Below are positions 5,616 to 14,731 of a stretch of 64,000 nt of DNA, in pieces. The DNA lies in the IMG/VR virus record IMGVR_UViG_3300033144_005150. The stretch is one strand, 5' to 3'. How positions within the stretch are numbered: position 1 is the stretch's first letter; each line of letters begins with the position of its first letter. The notes under the pieces are model-generated. The model made no database searches and was not told the origin of the DNA. It saw only the letters and a list, made by a program, of their open reading frames with translations. The position numbers and the translations under genes were made by a program. Source of the DNA: an uncultured virus (IMG/VR IMGVR_UViG_3300033144_005150) (lineage: Duplodnaviria > Heunggongvirae > Uroviricota > Caudoviricetes).

Positions 5616-6602
5616 ATGAATCGAATACTGACTGGGATCCAGCCCTCGGGAGAGCTGCATCTTGGGAACTACTTCGGGGCCGTGCAGCCCTGTCTTCGAC
5701 ACCAGGAAAATCCGTCTTCGGATCTCTTGATGTTCATCGCGGACTACCACGCTCTGACGACCGTGCATGACGGGGTCCTTCTTTCAAGGAACTCGCTCAA
5801 CTTGGCCGAGGGCCTCCTCGCTCTGGGAATCGATCCCGAGCAGACGATCCTCTTCCAGCAGTCAGATGTCGAGTACGTCGCCGAGCTGACCCTGTTGCTC
5901 ACGATGGTCACGGGGATGGGCACCCTCCAGCGGTCTCCGTCCTACAAGGACAAGGTTGCCAAGGGGATTACCCCGAGCGTCGGGTTGTTCATCTACCCGA
6001 TGATCATGGCGGCCGACATCCTGCTCTACCAGAGCGACATCGTTCCGGTCGGCAAGGACCAGACCGCGCATGTCAAGATGGCTCGACAGATAGGCACGCA
6101 CTTCAACGAGACGTTCGGCCCCGTGTTCAACCTCCCCAAAGCCGTCCTCTCCGAAGTCCCTAAAGTGCCCGGTCTCGACGGGGAGAAGATGAGCAAGAGC
6201 TACGGCAACACCATCTCCGTGTTCGATCGCGGAAACACCCTGCGGGCCAAACTCGCCGGCATCAAAACCACCTCAACCCCTTTCGGAGAACCACTTCCCA
6301 TTGACGACTGCCATCTTTTCGAGCTGATCAAGCTCATGTGCTCCACCAGCGCCGAGCTCGAGGAAGTCACCCAGTTTTTCCGGACAGGCCGACGTGGCTC
6401 CCAGAAGTTCGGATACGGCCACGCCAAGGAGCTGCTGGCCGAAAAGATCGAAACCACTTTCGCCGAAGCGAATGAGCGCCGGCAGGATTTTCTCCCCCAT
6501 CGCATCGAGGTCATAGGAGCCCTGAGTCAGGGCGCGACCAAAGCACGGAGGATCGCAAAGGAAACCCTCGACAAGTGCCGATCCCTCTGTGGCATCGGCT
6601 AA
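5616..6602 (+). CDS. trpS: Tryptophanyl-tRNA synthetase
   Basis: TGIQPSGELHLGNY, YPMIMAADILL, VPVGKDQ, KMSKS motifs. Confidence 0.95.
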   Translation: MNRILTGIQPSGELHLGNYFGAVQPCLRHQENPSSDLLMFIADYHALTTVHDGVLLSRNSLNLAEGLLALGIDPEQTILFQQSDVEYVAELTLLLTMVTGMGTLQRSPSYKDKVAKGITPSVGLFIYPMIMAADILLYQSDIVPVGKDQTAHVKMARQIGTHFNETFGPVFNLPKAVLSEVPKVPGLDGEKMSKSYGNTISVFDRGNTLRAKLAGIKTTSTPFGEPLPIDDCHLFELIKLMCSTSAELEEVTQFFRTGRRGSQKFGYGHAKELLAEKIETTFAEANERRQDFLPHRIEVIGALSQGATKARRIAKETLDKCRSLCGIG

Positions 6603-6659
6603 ACACCCACCCTCAACCAAGGAGACTGTTTCAACGAAACACCGAGTAAAAACCATACC

Positions 6660-7253
6660 GTGATACGGATTGTTGGACCCAGGGACAGCCATTACGACCG
6701 CCACAACTGCACGGTGATCAACACCACCAGCAGGGCCTCGGCCCGTGACGCATGGTCTCGAGGGCTCAGCCCCTTCCACATCGGCCCTGTGCAGCTCTAC
6801 GAGGGAGCGGCAGCCGAGACCTCCCACAACGTCGAGAATGCCTGGCAGTACGCCAAGGTGTACCCGGTCCACGTTGACAAAGAGGAGAACCCAACCCAGG
6901 CGTACTTCGACTGGGCTCGGGAAGGCTGGAGAACTCGGAGAGCGATTCGCTACCCGATGGGGAAAGGTGCCGTCCCCCTCTACTCGTGGTGGGCTGGTGA
7001 AAAGCTGAGCTACGTGGACGCCCGGAAGAAGATCTACGTGCCGCTCTACACGAAGGCCGTGATCGATACGAAGGCGTTCGCAAAACTCCGTGAACTTCAT
7101 CAAACGCTGGACGAGATCTGGCTCTGGGACTTCGACGGGTACGACCACGTCGAGCTCGGGATGACGCTCAAGGAGGTCCTCAACGATCCGGCCAGGAAGA
7201 TGGGCCACGCATTCGTGCTGGCCATGATCCTGGAAGCGATGGACAAACGGTAG
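6660..7253 (+). CDS. DUF6939-like protein
   Basis: INTTSR...LSPF...NVENAWQYAKVY...ARKKIYVPLY pattern, recognised from memory. Confidence 0.55.
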   Translation: MIRIVGPRDSHYDRHNCTVINTTSRASARDAWSRGLSPFHIGPVQLYEGAAAETSHNVENAWQYAKVYPVHVDKEENPTQAYFDWAREGWRTRRAIRYPMGKGAVPLYSWWAGEKLSYVDARKKIYVPLYTKAVIDTKAFAKLRELHQTLDEIWLWDFDGYDHVELGMTLKEVLNDPARKMGHAFVLAMILEAMDKR

Positions 7254-7350
7254 TCCCACGGTATTCGCTAACTTGGTCCTCGACGGACCAAGTCCAGCGT
7301 GTAGAATTTGGTCTGTGGCGTTGTGCCACCTAGTTGAAAGGAGAAGACAA

Positions 7351-7785
7351 ATGCAGGAAGCAATCAAAACTACCTACGACACTCTCACTACGGGCCTCCA
7401 CCGGGCCCCGGTGGAGAAGACCCCAGCCTACTACCTCCAAAAGTGGAGACGTAGGAAAGGTCTGATCCAGCGCCCCGGTGGAGGGAAGATCGAGAAGTTC
7501 AGGCGAATTTCCCGTTTTCAGAACGTCTCATTCAAGGACATCATCGAGGATCGCCTGCCTCGGGTCTTCACGAGTGAGTACCATTTCTACCGGTGGAACG
7601 TTGGCAAGCTCCTTTGCGTCTACTGCAACTGCGAGCTGACTCGCAACAACAAGACTCAGGACCACGTCGTCCCTCGTGCTCGCGGGGGATCTCTCCTTGG
7701 GTCTGACAACCTCGAGCCAGCCTGCATCGAGTGCAACTCGGCAAAAGGCGACATGAAGCTGCTGGTGTTCCTCGTTACGAGGTAA
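7351..7785 (+). CDS. HNH endonuclease
   Basis: CVYC...DHVVPRARGG...NLEPACIECN. Confidence 0.85.
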   Translation: MQEAIKTTYDTLTTGLHRAPVEKTPAYYLQKWRRRKGLIQRPGGGKIEKFRRISRFQNVSFKDIIEDRLPRVFTSEYHFYRWNVGKLLCVYCNCELTRNNKTQDHVVPRARGGSLLGSDNLEPACIECNSAKGDMKLLVFLVTR

Positions 7786-7802
7786 CTTGGCAAACACATC
7801 TT

Positions 7803-7840
7803 GAAATCCCTGACAGTCCAACTGGCAGGGATTTCTTTTT
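7803..7840. terminator. Terminator between convergent genes
   Basis: GAAATCCCTG...CAGGGATTTC followed by T run. Confidence 0.7.
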
Positions 7841-7849
7841 GCGTGTGGC

Positions 7850-8116
7850 CTAGGAGCGGTTGCCCCCACGCGGCTTGTCGTTGGCCGGCTGGATGTTGAC
7901 GTTGCGCCCGTCGAGGCTGATCGATGCAGCTTTGATCGCCGCTTCGGCACCAGCCGCTTCCTTGAACGTGACGAACCCGAAACCCTTGGATTTGTTGGTG
8001 TCGCGATCCATCACGATTTTCACTTCTTCGACCGGGCCGAAGTCGGTCATGGCCATTTGCAGGCCGAGATCATCAGTTGCCCACGCGAGGCCGCCACAGA
8101 AGACTTTGTTTGCCAT
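7850..8116 (-). CDS. RRM (RNP-1) RNA-binding protein
   Basis: RNP2 KVFCGGL; RNP1 KGFGFVTF. Confidence 0.92.
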   Translation of the reverse strand: MANKVFCGGLAWATDDLGLQMAMTDFGPVEEVKIVMDRDTNKSKGFGFVTFKEAAGAEAAIKAASISLDGRNVNIQPANDKPRGGNRS

Positions 8117-8287
8117 TTTTTCGTTCCTGTTCTCTCAAATGTGAGAGGTCTACCAAGTGTTATACGCGAAAACTTTTGGGTTTTCGTGAAACTCAGCTTT
8201 CGCCGTTCGAGAAGCCTTTGAGGCTCTGGGTGTGGGTTCCTTCGTTTGGTCCCGATGGGGCTACGACTGGTGGGTACAAGTGGAGAG

Positions 8288-8923
8288 ATGGCCGATCAAG
8301 ACGCCCCCAAGCCCGAGAAGCAGATTCCACCTTTGCGACAACGACCCTGTGTCGTCATCGACACCGAAACGACCGGTCTCGATCCCAAGATTCACGAAGT
8401 CCTCGAAATCGCCATCGTGGCCCTCGACGGCACCGTGCTCCTGAACACCAAGATCAAGCCCGTGAATATCGAGGCGGCCCATCCGAAGGCGCTCGAAGTC
8501 AACGGCTACAACGAGGCCGACTGGGCCAACGCTCCGACCTTCGATGAGACCAAAGACGAGATCATGGCGGCGCTCAAGCACAAGATCCTGGTGGGTCAGA
8601 ACCCCCACTTCGACCGCAGCTTCATCGTCGAAGCGCTGGACCGGTGTGGCGTCGAGAAGGCGTACCGCAAGCTCAGCTACCATGCGATCGACACGATCAC
8701 CCTGGCGTGGGAGCACCTGGCTCCGTGCGGGCTCGAACGCCTCAACCTCGACGCCATCTGCGAGTTCCTGGGGGTCCCCCTCGACCGTGAATCTCGGCAC
8801 GGGGCCTTGGCAGATGCCCAGGCAGCGCGTGTCGTGTACCTGATGACCTTGCGTGCGACCGAGGAGCTCCGGCTCGCATGGCGTCAACGCGCCAAAGACC
8901 TGGGTCTCCTGACCGTAGATTGA
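8288..8923 (+). CDS. DEDDh 3'-5' exonuclease (DnaQ-like)
   Basis: IDTETTG, GQNPHFD, HGALADA. Confidence 0.9.
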   Translation: MADQDAPKPEKQIPPLRQRPCVVIDTETTGLDPKIHEVLEIAIVALDGTVLLNTKIKPVNIEAAHPKALEVNGYNEADWANAPTFDETKDEIMAALKHKILVGQNPHFDRSFIVEALDRCGVEKAYRKLSYHAIDTITLAWEHLAPCGLERLNLDAICEFLGVPLDRESRHGALADAQAARVVYLMTLRATEELRLAWRQRAKDLGLLTVD

Positions 8924-8953
8924 CTTCTATCACAGCAGTGCTATAGTGGGGGT

Positions 8954-9295
8954 ATGGTTTCCAAAAAACCCCGCAAGCAGTGTGCGAAGTGCCCATGGAA
9001 GGTGAGCACGAACCCGCACGATATCCCGAACGGCTACTGCGAAACTCAGCACGCCGCGCTCTCCTCCACGGTCGCCACTCCTGGTGATCTTCGGGGTCTC
9101 GGTGCGCCGGTTCACATGATGGCGTGCCACGAAACCGAGGTCGGAAAAGAGCTGCCGTGTGTGGGGTGGTTGGATCACCAGCTTGGCGCGGGCAACAACC
9201 TGGGGCTGCGGCTGGCTGTGATCCAAGGGCGCATCGACGGCAACGTCGAAGTTGAGGGTGAACAGCACCCGACCCTGGAAGACACCCTTCCATGA
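8954..9295 (+). CDS. Cys-rich protein (DUF6283-like)
   Basis: CAKCPW...MACHE...CVGWL. Confidence 0.6.
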   Translation: MVSKKPRKQCAKCPWKVSTNPHDIPNGYCETQHAALSSTVATPGDLRGLGAPVHMMACHETEVGKELPCVGWLDHQLGAGNNLGLRLAVIQGRIDGNVEVEGEQHPTLEDTLP

Positions 9296-9316
9296 AGCTG
9301 GGGCGGTACCAATAGA

Positions 9317-9341
9317 AAAGGGGACCCGAAGGTCCCCTTTT
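9317..9341. terminator. Bidirectional terminator
   Basis: AAAAGGGGACC-CGAA-GGTCCCCTTTT between convergent genes. Confidence 0.8.
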
Positions 9342-9356
9342 CATTTTCACGAACGG

Positions 9357-12095
9357 CTATTCGGAGAGTTTTTCAGCAGCGAGCTGGGCTTCGAGGTCCA
9401 GTTCGCGAGCCACGTCCATGGCCAGGTTGCGGGCCGTAGCGCGGTTCATCTTGTACACGCGGGTACGTTCTGACTTCTCGTCGTCGTAGGTCTCGTAGGT
9501 GCCTTCGTTGAGCATGAAGATGGCCTCCAGCGCCAGTTTCATCTCGTACTCTTTGAGGAACTTCTCTTCCGTGCCGGGATGCTTTTTGATGACCTGTGCC
9601 CGGATATCCAAGAACTCTTTGAACTCCGGGTTGTAGTAGAGTTCGGCTTCTTTGCTCAGGACGGTAAGGGTAAACGCAGGTAGCGAAGCCTGAGTCGGCC
9701 ACCCGAGTTCGGCCCATTCTGCTTGGTACTGCATGAACGGGATGGGCGTCGGTGCCATCAGAGGGATATCCACCTTTTGGAGATCGTCCTTCCACACCTC
9801 GACCTGCACGACCTTTTTACCTTTGCCTTTTCCGGTGCCCTTGGACTTGGTGCCAGAAGTTTTGGGGGCCTTCTTTTTGACGACCTCGATGCGGAGTTGG
9901 ACCGACAGGGAGCCGAGCTGGTGTTCAGGCGGGTAGTCGATCTGAGCTTGGATGAACCCAGTGTCCCCCACCTTGGCGCTGGCGGGGCACTCGAAGTGAC
10001 ACCGCAAACGACCCGCTTTGAACCGGTCCGCACCCGTGAAGGAGACACCGCCACCAGCCAACACCTTGAGCGGTGATTTGGCCAGGTTTTGGGGATCCCA
10101 CCAGGACTGCGGAGCCGAAGTCTCCAACACCCAGGAGTAGGACTGTCCCGGGTACATCTTGAGGGTCTTCTTTTCCAAAGCCCATCGCAACAGGCGCGGC
10201 GGAAGCTCAGGAGGAATGGGTTTCGGGGGCGGCGCTTTGCCTTTGGTGTCCCGCTCCTGGTCCTCGATGGCCTTCACACGTACCTTCATCTGCCGTTGGA
10301 TTTCGCCGAACTTGAATTGCGCTTTGCCCAAGTACTTCTCCAACGCCGTGGCGAACTGCTGATCGTCTGGACGTTTGAGTTTTTTGCTGCGCTCCATGGC
10401 GATCTCACCATCGATGCGACGCAAATCTTGGTCGTGACGCAGCCGTTTGATGACACGCTGTTTGAGGCGTGAGTGGAGCTCCCCGCTTTTCATCTGCTCA
10501 CGGGAAGACCCGAACAACGCGTACTTGGCTTCACGGGTCAGGTTTGAGCAGTCAACCCCCACCACGCAGCGGCGTCCCACGTGGGCCAAATCGGCACCAC
10601 GACCCACCGCCCCAGAGCGTACCAAAGTCGAACGCTCCTCCGCATGTGTCTGCCCATCAAGATGAAACAGGACGCAGAAGTCGGGGTTGATCAGGTTGCG
10701 CAAAGCATCCGTGTCCGTCTGGGACTCGGTAGGTTGAACCACCCAGATTTCGGCGCGAACCGAACCTGCGGGTTTGACTCCGGTGCGACCCGTGTAGTCG
10801 TGATCTCCCAGGTCGATGTCGAAGTAGTCGTAGTGACGAACTTCCATGAGGGGCGTGCCACCCTTTTTGACCACGGTGCCCGCCAACTTGCGCTGCCAAG
10901 AATCGTGAAGTTTGCTGAATGTGCCGCGGACCAGGCGTCCGGTACGGCGGTTCCCGGGAAGGCTTTTTGCTTTCCGGTGCTCTCCGCTCGCCATGTGGAC
11001 GTACTCGCTCCAAATGGGGAGCACGGTTTGCGGAAGGAGACGGTCGAGGACCGCTCCGATGGACTTGTCTCCGGAGCCCACCGTCATGGCGGCATGGTAT
11101 TGGAAGTGCCGCACGATGGTGGAGGGGACGTACCCTTCTTCCGGCATCATCAAGTCGCTCCACCATGAAGGTTTCTTGATCTTGGGGATTTTCCCTTTGA
11201 CGGTCAGGTACCGGAAAGTCGGCACACGATCTTCGTCCCGCATGAACGCTTTCTCGATGACGGTGAACATCAGGTCATCGGTGCCGGGCAGCACAGAAGC
11301 GATAAGCGACATGTCACCGTTTTGGTAGCACCCCGCAGCTCCCCACCCCCATTTGCCGATGGCGATGAGCAACAACGCTTTGAACCCGCGGTTCAGGGAA
11401 AGAAATGAGTTCCCCCAGGCGCCATCGTCTGCTGCGACGCCACAGCCGGCATCGATCAGGTCGATGATGCCCACATCGCTTCCGTAGCCACCGAAGACAC
11501 GAGCTACACAGTGGCTCTTGGCAAACGCCCCCAGCTTGGCAAGAGCCTTCGGGTCGGAGAAGTCGTCCCGACTGAGCCCGAAGTAGTGTTCCGCAGCGGC
11601 CTTCGGGTCGCTGAGCACATCAGCCATTTCGCTTTTGACGACCCATTTGCCGTCTGCGTTCTTCTCCAGGTCCCCTGCATCCTGCGCAGCGCGGAAAATG
11701 CAGGCGTCGATCATGTTGGTGGCATTTTCACATACCGCTTTGACGGCATCGCATGCCTGCGACATCTGAGCTGCGCTCGAATCGGACCCGTTGAAGTACT
11801 GCCACTCCGCGTCAGCCCCGAGAAGCTCCTCGAACTTGGAGAGGATCTCTCGGGACTGTTCCAATCCCGTGTAGCCAGGCCACGGGAGCAGATAGTGGAG
11901 AAGTGCCTTCTTGGTCGGTTCATCAAGACGAGGTGCCTTGATGCTTTCGAACACGGGCTGCATCAGGGCCGCAAACAACTTCTCGTTGTTGCTCGGCACG
12001 ATGCTCTGGTTGTTGGTGGGGGTACGTCCACTTTTCTTGTTGGCTGCCGGGGACGTACCATTCCCGGTGGCGCTTTTACGCTGAATACGATTCAT
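9357..12095 (-). CDS. Large protein with GHKL (Hsp90/MORC-like) ATPase motifs
   Basis: ENATNMIDA, IDAGCGV, GKWGWG in the expected order. Confidence 0.6.
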   Translation of the reverse strand: MNRIQRKSATGNGTSPAANKKSGRTPTNNQSIVPSNNEKLFAALMQPVFESIKAPRLDEPTKKALLHYLLPWPGYTGLEQSREILSKFEELLGADAEWQYFNGSDSSAAQMSQACDAVKAVCENATNMIDACIFRAAQDAGDLEKNADGKWVVKSEMADVLSDPKAAAEHYFGLSRDDFSDPKALAKLGAFAKSHCVARVFGGYGSDVGIIDLIDAGCGVAADDGAWGNSFLSLNRGFKALLLIAIGKWGWGAAGCYQNGDMSLIASVLPGTDDLMFTVIEKAFMRDEDRVPTFRYLTVKGKIPKIKKPSWWSDLMMPEEGYVPSTIVRHFQYHAAMTVGSGDKSIGAVLDRLLPQTVLPIWSEYVHMASGEHRKAKSLPGNRRTGRLVRGTFSKLHDSWQRKLAGTVVKKGGTPLMEVRHYDYFDIDLGDHDYTGRTGVKPAGSVRAEIWVVQPTESQTDTDALRNLINPDFCVLFHLDGQTHAEERSTLVRSGAVGRGADLAHVGRRCVVGVDCSNLTREAKYALFGSSREQMKSGELHSRLKQRVIKRLRHDQDLRRIDGEIAMERSKKLKRPDDQQFATALEKYLGKAQFKFGEIQRQMKVRVKAIEDQERDTKGKAPPPKPIPPELPPRLLRWALEKKTLKMYPGQSYSWVLETSAPQSWWDPQNLAKSPLKVLAGGGVSFTGADRFKAGRLRCHFECPASAKVGDTGFIQAQIDYPPEHQLGSLSVQLRIEVVKKKAPKTSGTKSKGTGKGKGKKVVQVEVWKDDLQKVDIPLMAPTPIPFMQYQAEWAELGWPTQASLPAFTLTVLSKEAELYYNPEFKEFLDIRAQVIKKHPGTEEKFLKEYEMKLALEAIFMLNEGTYETYDDEKSERTRVYKMNRATARNLAMDVARELDLEAQLAAEKLSE

Positions 12096-12277
12096 ATTGT
12101 CGGTCTCTGACCGCCCCGTGACGGGAATCGGTCTTGGTCAAACCGGACTGGTTTGACCGTGAGCTTGGAACCCGGACTGGGTGCCAAACGAAAAGGGCGA
12201 TTGCCCTCACACCTCTTCTACTCCGTTGATCCCGGAAATAAACCCCCCTGAGCCAACTTTTTTTGAATTTTCTTTTC

Positions 12278-12346
12278 GAGCTCCTGGGGATCACCCTGGA
12301 TCAACCTGGATCAACCTGGATCAATCTGAGGATCTATCTGGAGCTC
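12278..12346. repeat. 10-bp-phased GATC repeat (CCTGGATCAA-like) bounded by GAGCTC
   Basis: GATC at 12289, 12299, 12309, 12319 and 12331. Confidence 0.8.
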
Positions 12347-12584
12347 GGACTTCGTCAGTTTCGGCCGCCCATGTACTTGACGCAGTAGTCCATGAACTCC
12401 GGAGGGTCCATGCGCTCGAACTCATCGCAGCGTGGTTCTTGGTGAAAACACGCACGTATCCATCGCGCTCGATCCACTTACCTTCCCATGCCTTAAGTCC
12501 GCATGGGCAACTGAACTCGGTCACATTGACGAGTTTGATGTCCCCGAGGCCCTCCACGGTGACGGTGGTTTCGGTTTCCGTCAT
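12321..12584 (-). CDS. Hypothetical protein
   Basis: GGAG-preceded ATG overlapping the ARH stop; MTETETTVTVEG... Confidence 0.55.
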   Translation of the reverse strand: MTETETTVTVEGLGDIKLVNVTEFSCPCGLKAWEGKWIERDGYVRVFTKNHAAMSSSAWTLRSSWTTASSTWAAETDEVRAPDRSSD

Positions 12585-13765
12585 GACTCCTCCGAGGTCC
12601 GGCTTGCCTCCCAAGCTGCCAGTCGTTCGGCGTACTGGCTTTCCACGATGCCGTGCATGGTCTCGGTCAGCTCGCCCAAACCTTCCCAGGTCCACTGCTC
12701 GGCCTTGATGTCGTGGACGACGGGGGCGACGTGTTCGAGCACCTCTTTCGGGAACTTCTCGACCCCGATGTTGGCCCCCACGATGGTCGCAGCCATGGCC
12801 GCGATGGTGTCGGAGTCTCCTCCCACGGCGATGGCGGTCGTGATGGCCTTCCACACGTCCGTAGGAGCCGCCATGACGCAGTAGAAAGCCCACAGCGTCG
12901 AGCTGCGCGCCCAGGGGCTCACGCCCTCCCAGGAGGCGTCGTCGCCTTCCAGGACGAAGTCACGGGCCGCTGCGAACTCGTCGTCTCCGGCCTTCCACTT
13001 GACCGTCTTGCGACCGTCCCAAACGATCTTGGTCAGATCACGGATGTCCTGGGCGAATTCCTCGTGGTTCGTCTGGACGTGGGCCGCCAGCCAGTTCCAC
13101 CAACCGGGCTCGTGCGGGCCCGTGGTGCTCTCACTGGCGGTCAGCGCCATCGCGGTCGCCACGGCCATACCCACTCCAGCCGCGACGGATATCGGAGCCT
13201 TGTGCGTGATGATGGCTTGTTCGGCTGCAGCTTTCACGCAGGTCGGAACGTCGTGGTAGTAGAACATGCCGATCGGGCCAGCTCGCATGGCGGCTCCGTT
13301 GCCGGCTCGAGGGGGCGGAGTTCCGGCCTCGTCCCAGGGCACACCGTCGAGCAGACGGATGGCCGCTTGTTGGGTGGCTCCTCCGTATCCCACGATGGCG
13401 TCCTGAGCGAAGAGTTTGGCCACGCGATCGGCGAAGTCCTGGGGCACGAACTCGTTCTCATCGATCAGGGAGATCATGAGCTCCCGGCTGAGTTGCGTGT
13501 CGTCGGTGTACTGGCCGAAGCGCATCCCGTGGTGGTGTGTCCCGATGCTGTCGAAGTCGAACTCACCGAGGGTGGCTGCGAAGTCACGGGCCTCTGAGGC
13601 AGGGCGACGTTCGGCCCAGGCGCCCACGGAGTCTCCGAGCGCACAGCCAAGGAGGGCACCTTGGTAGCGGCTCAGGGAGGCTGGAGCGACGGGAGGGATG
13701 GCGTCTGGATCGGGTCCGATGGTGCGGACTTCGTTAGCCGGGGTGTGGATGCTTCGTACGTTCAT
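12581..13765 (-). CDS. ADP-ribosylglycohydrolase (DraG/ARH family)
   Basis: GALLGCALGD, YTDDTQ, GNGAAMR, GDSDT. Confidence 0.92.
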   Translation of the reverse strand: MNVRSIHTPANEVRTIGPDPDAIPPVAPASLSRYQGALLGCALGDSVGAWAERRPASEARDFAATLGEFDFDSIGTHHHGMRFGQYTDDTQLSRELMISLIDENEFVPQDFADRVAKLFAQDAIVGYGGATQQAAIRLLDGVPWDEAGTPPPRAGNGAAMRAGPIGMFYYHDVPTCVKAAAEQAIITHKAPISVAAGVGMAVATAMALTASESTTGPHEPGWWNWLAAHVQTNHEEFAQDIRDLTKIVWDGRKTVKWKAGDDEFAAARDFVLEGDDASWEGVSPWARSSTLWAFYCVMAAPTDVWKAITTAIAVGGDSDTIAAMAATIVGANIGVEKFPKEVLEHVAPVVHDIKAEQWTWEGLGELTETMHGIVESQYAERLAAWEASRTSEES

Positions 13766-14024
13766 GTCTGTTTCGTTTCGTGGCTTCGTCAATGCAATGT
13801 TGACGAAACTCGGGGTCACTGTGGTAGCGGTCGTGCTTGCGGTTTCGTTCGGTTTCCCGAATTTGATCGCCGTTCTTTTCCTTGTACTTGGCCTGCCGCA
13901 CCGAAGCCTCGAACCGGTTGCATTCGAGACAGATGTTGCGAGGGCGACGGGTGCCCTTCGCGTCCTTGTAGAACGCGAAGGTTTCGTCGGGTCCTTCGTG
14001 GGGGCAGTGCAAGCATTTTCTCAT
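13734..14024 (-). CDS. Small zinc-finger protein
   Basis: CLHC...CLEC followed by a basic helix; ATGA overlap with the nrtR stop. Confidence 0.6.
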   Translation of the reverse strand: MRKCLHCPHEGPDETFAFYKDAKGTRRPRNICLECNRFEASVRQAKYKEKNGDQIRETERNRKHDRYHSDPEFRQHCIDEATKRNRHERTKHPHPG

Positions 14025-14731
14025 TCGGGAAACTTGTGGAGTCGGGCGGGGCGGCCGGCTCCGGTCGTCTCTTCGAGATCCTCAGTTTCCAGGATCCGGC
14101 CATCTTCCACCATACGCTTGAAGCGCTTGTTGAAGTTGGACGAATCGTACGTCGTGCCCTTGCAGATTTCGTGGACCCGGCGGAACTGGGTGATCGTGAA
14201 TTCACTCGGCAGCAGGGCTCGGGCGAGGCGTGGGTCGTAGTCCACTTTGCCCCGAACGCGCTCGATTGCCGTCTTCATGATCAGGTCGTGGTCGAACGCC
14301 ATCTCAGGCAAATCTTCCACGTCGTACCACGCAGCTTCGACGGCATCGTCGCCGGCCTCGACACGGTGATACGCCTCGGGGGAGATCAGCGCGTAGTAGG
14401 CGACGGTGAAGACGCGGCCACGGGGGTCGCGCCCAGGGTTGCCGAAAGTGTAGAGCTGCTCGAGGAACACCTGATCGCGTTCGCGCTGGAGGTTGGTCTC
14501 CTCCAACAGTTCACGCTCAGCAGCCTCTTCCAGGGTTTCACCTTGGTTGCCACGGGGCTTGTGGCCGACGCCGACTTCGACGAAACCGCCGGGGATGGCC
14601 CAGCTTCCCTTGTGGGGATCGTCGCGTCGTTGGATCAGGAGAACCTTGAGGGCTCCTTTGCGGATCGTGAAGATCGCCATGTCCACGGTGACAGCAGGCA
14701 GGGGGTAATCGTACTCGTGCTTCTTGCTCAT
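14021..14731 (-). CDS. nrtR: NrtR-type regulator (Nudix domain plus winged helix)
   Basis: PAVTVD, PGGFV...RELLEET, EQLYTFGNPGRDPR, FDH, C-terminal NFNK...GRPA. Confidence 0.88.
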   Translation of the reverse strand: MSKKHEYDYPLPAVTVDMAIFTIRKGALKVLLIQRRDDPHKGSWAIPGGFVEVGVGHKPRGNQGETLEEAAERELLEETNLQRERDQVFLEQLYTFGNPGRDPRGRVFTVAYYALISPEAYHRVEAGDDAVEAAWYDVEDLPEMAFDHDLIMKTAIERVRGKVDYDPRLARALLPSEFTITQFRRVHEICKGTTYDSSNFNKRFKRMVEDGRILETEDLEETTGAGRPARLHKFPE

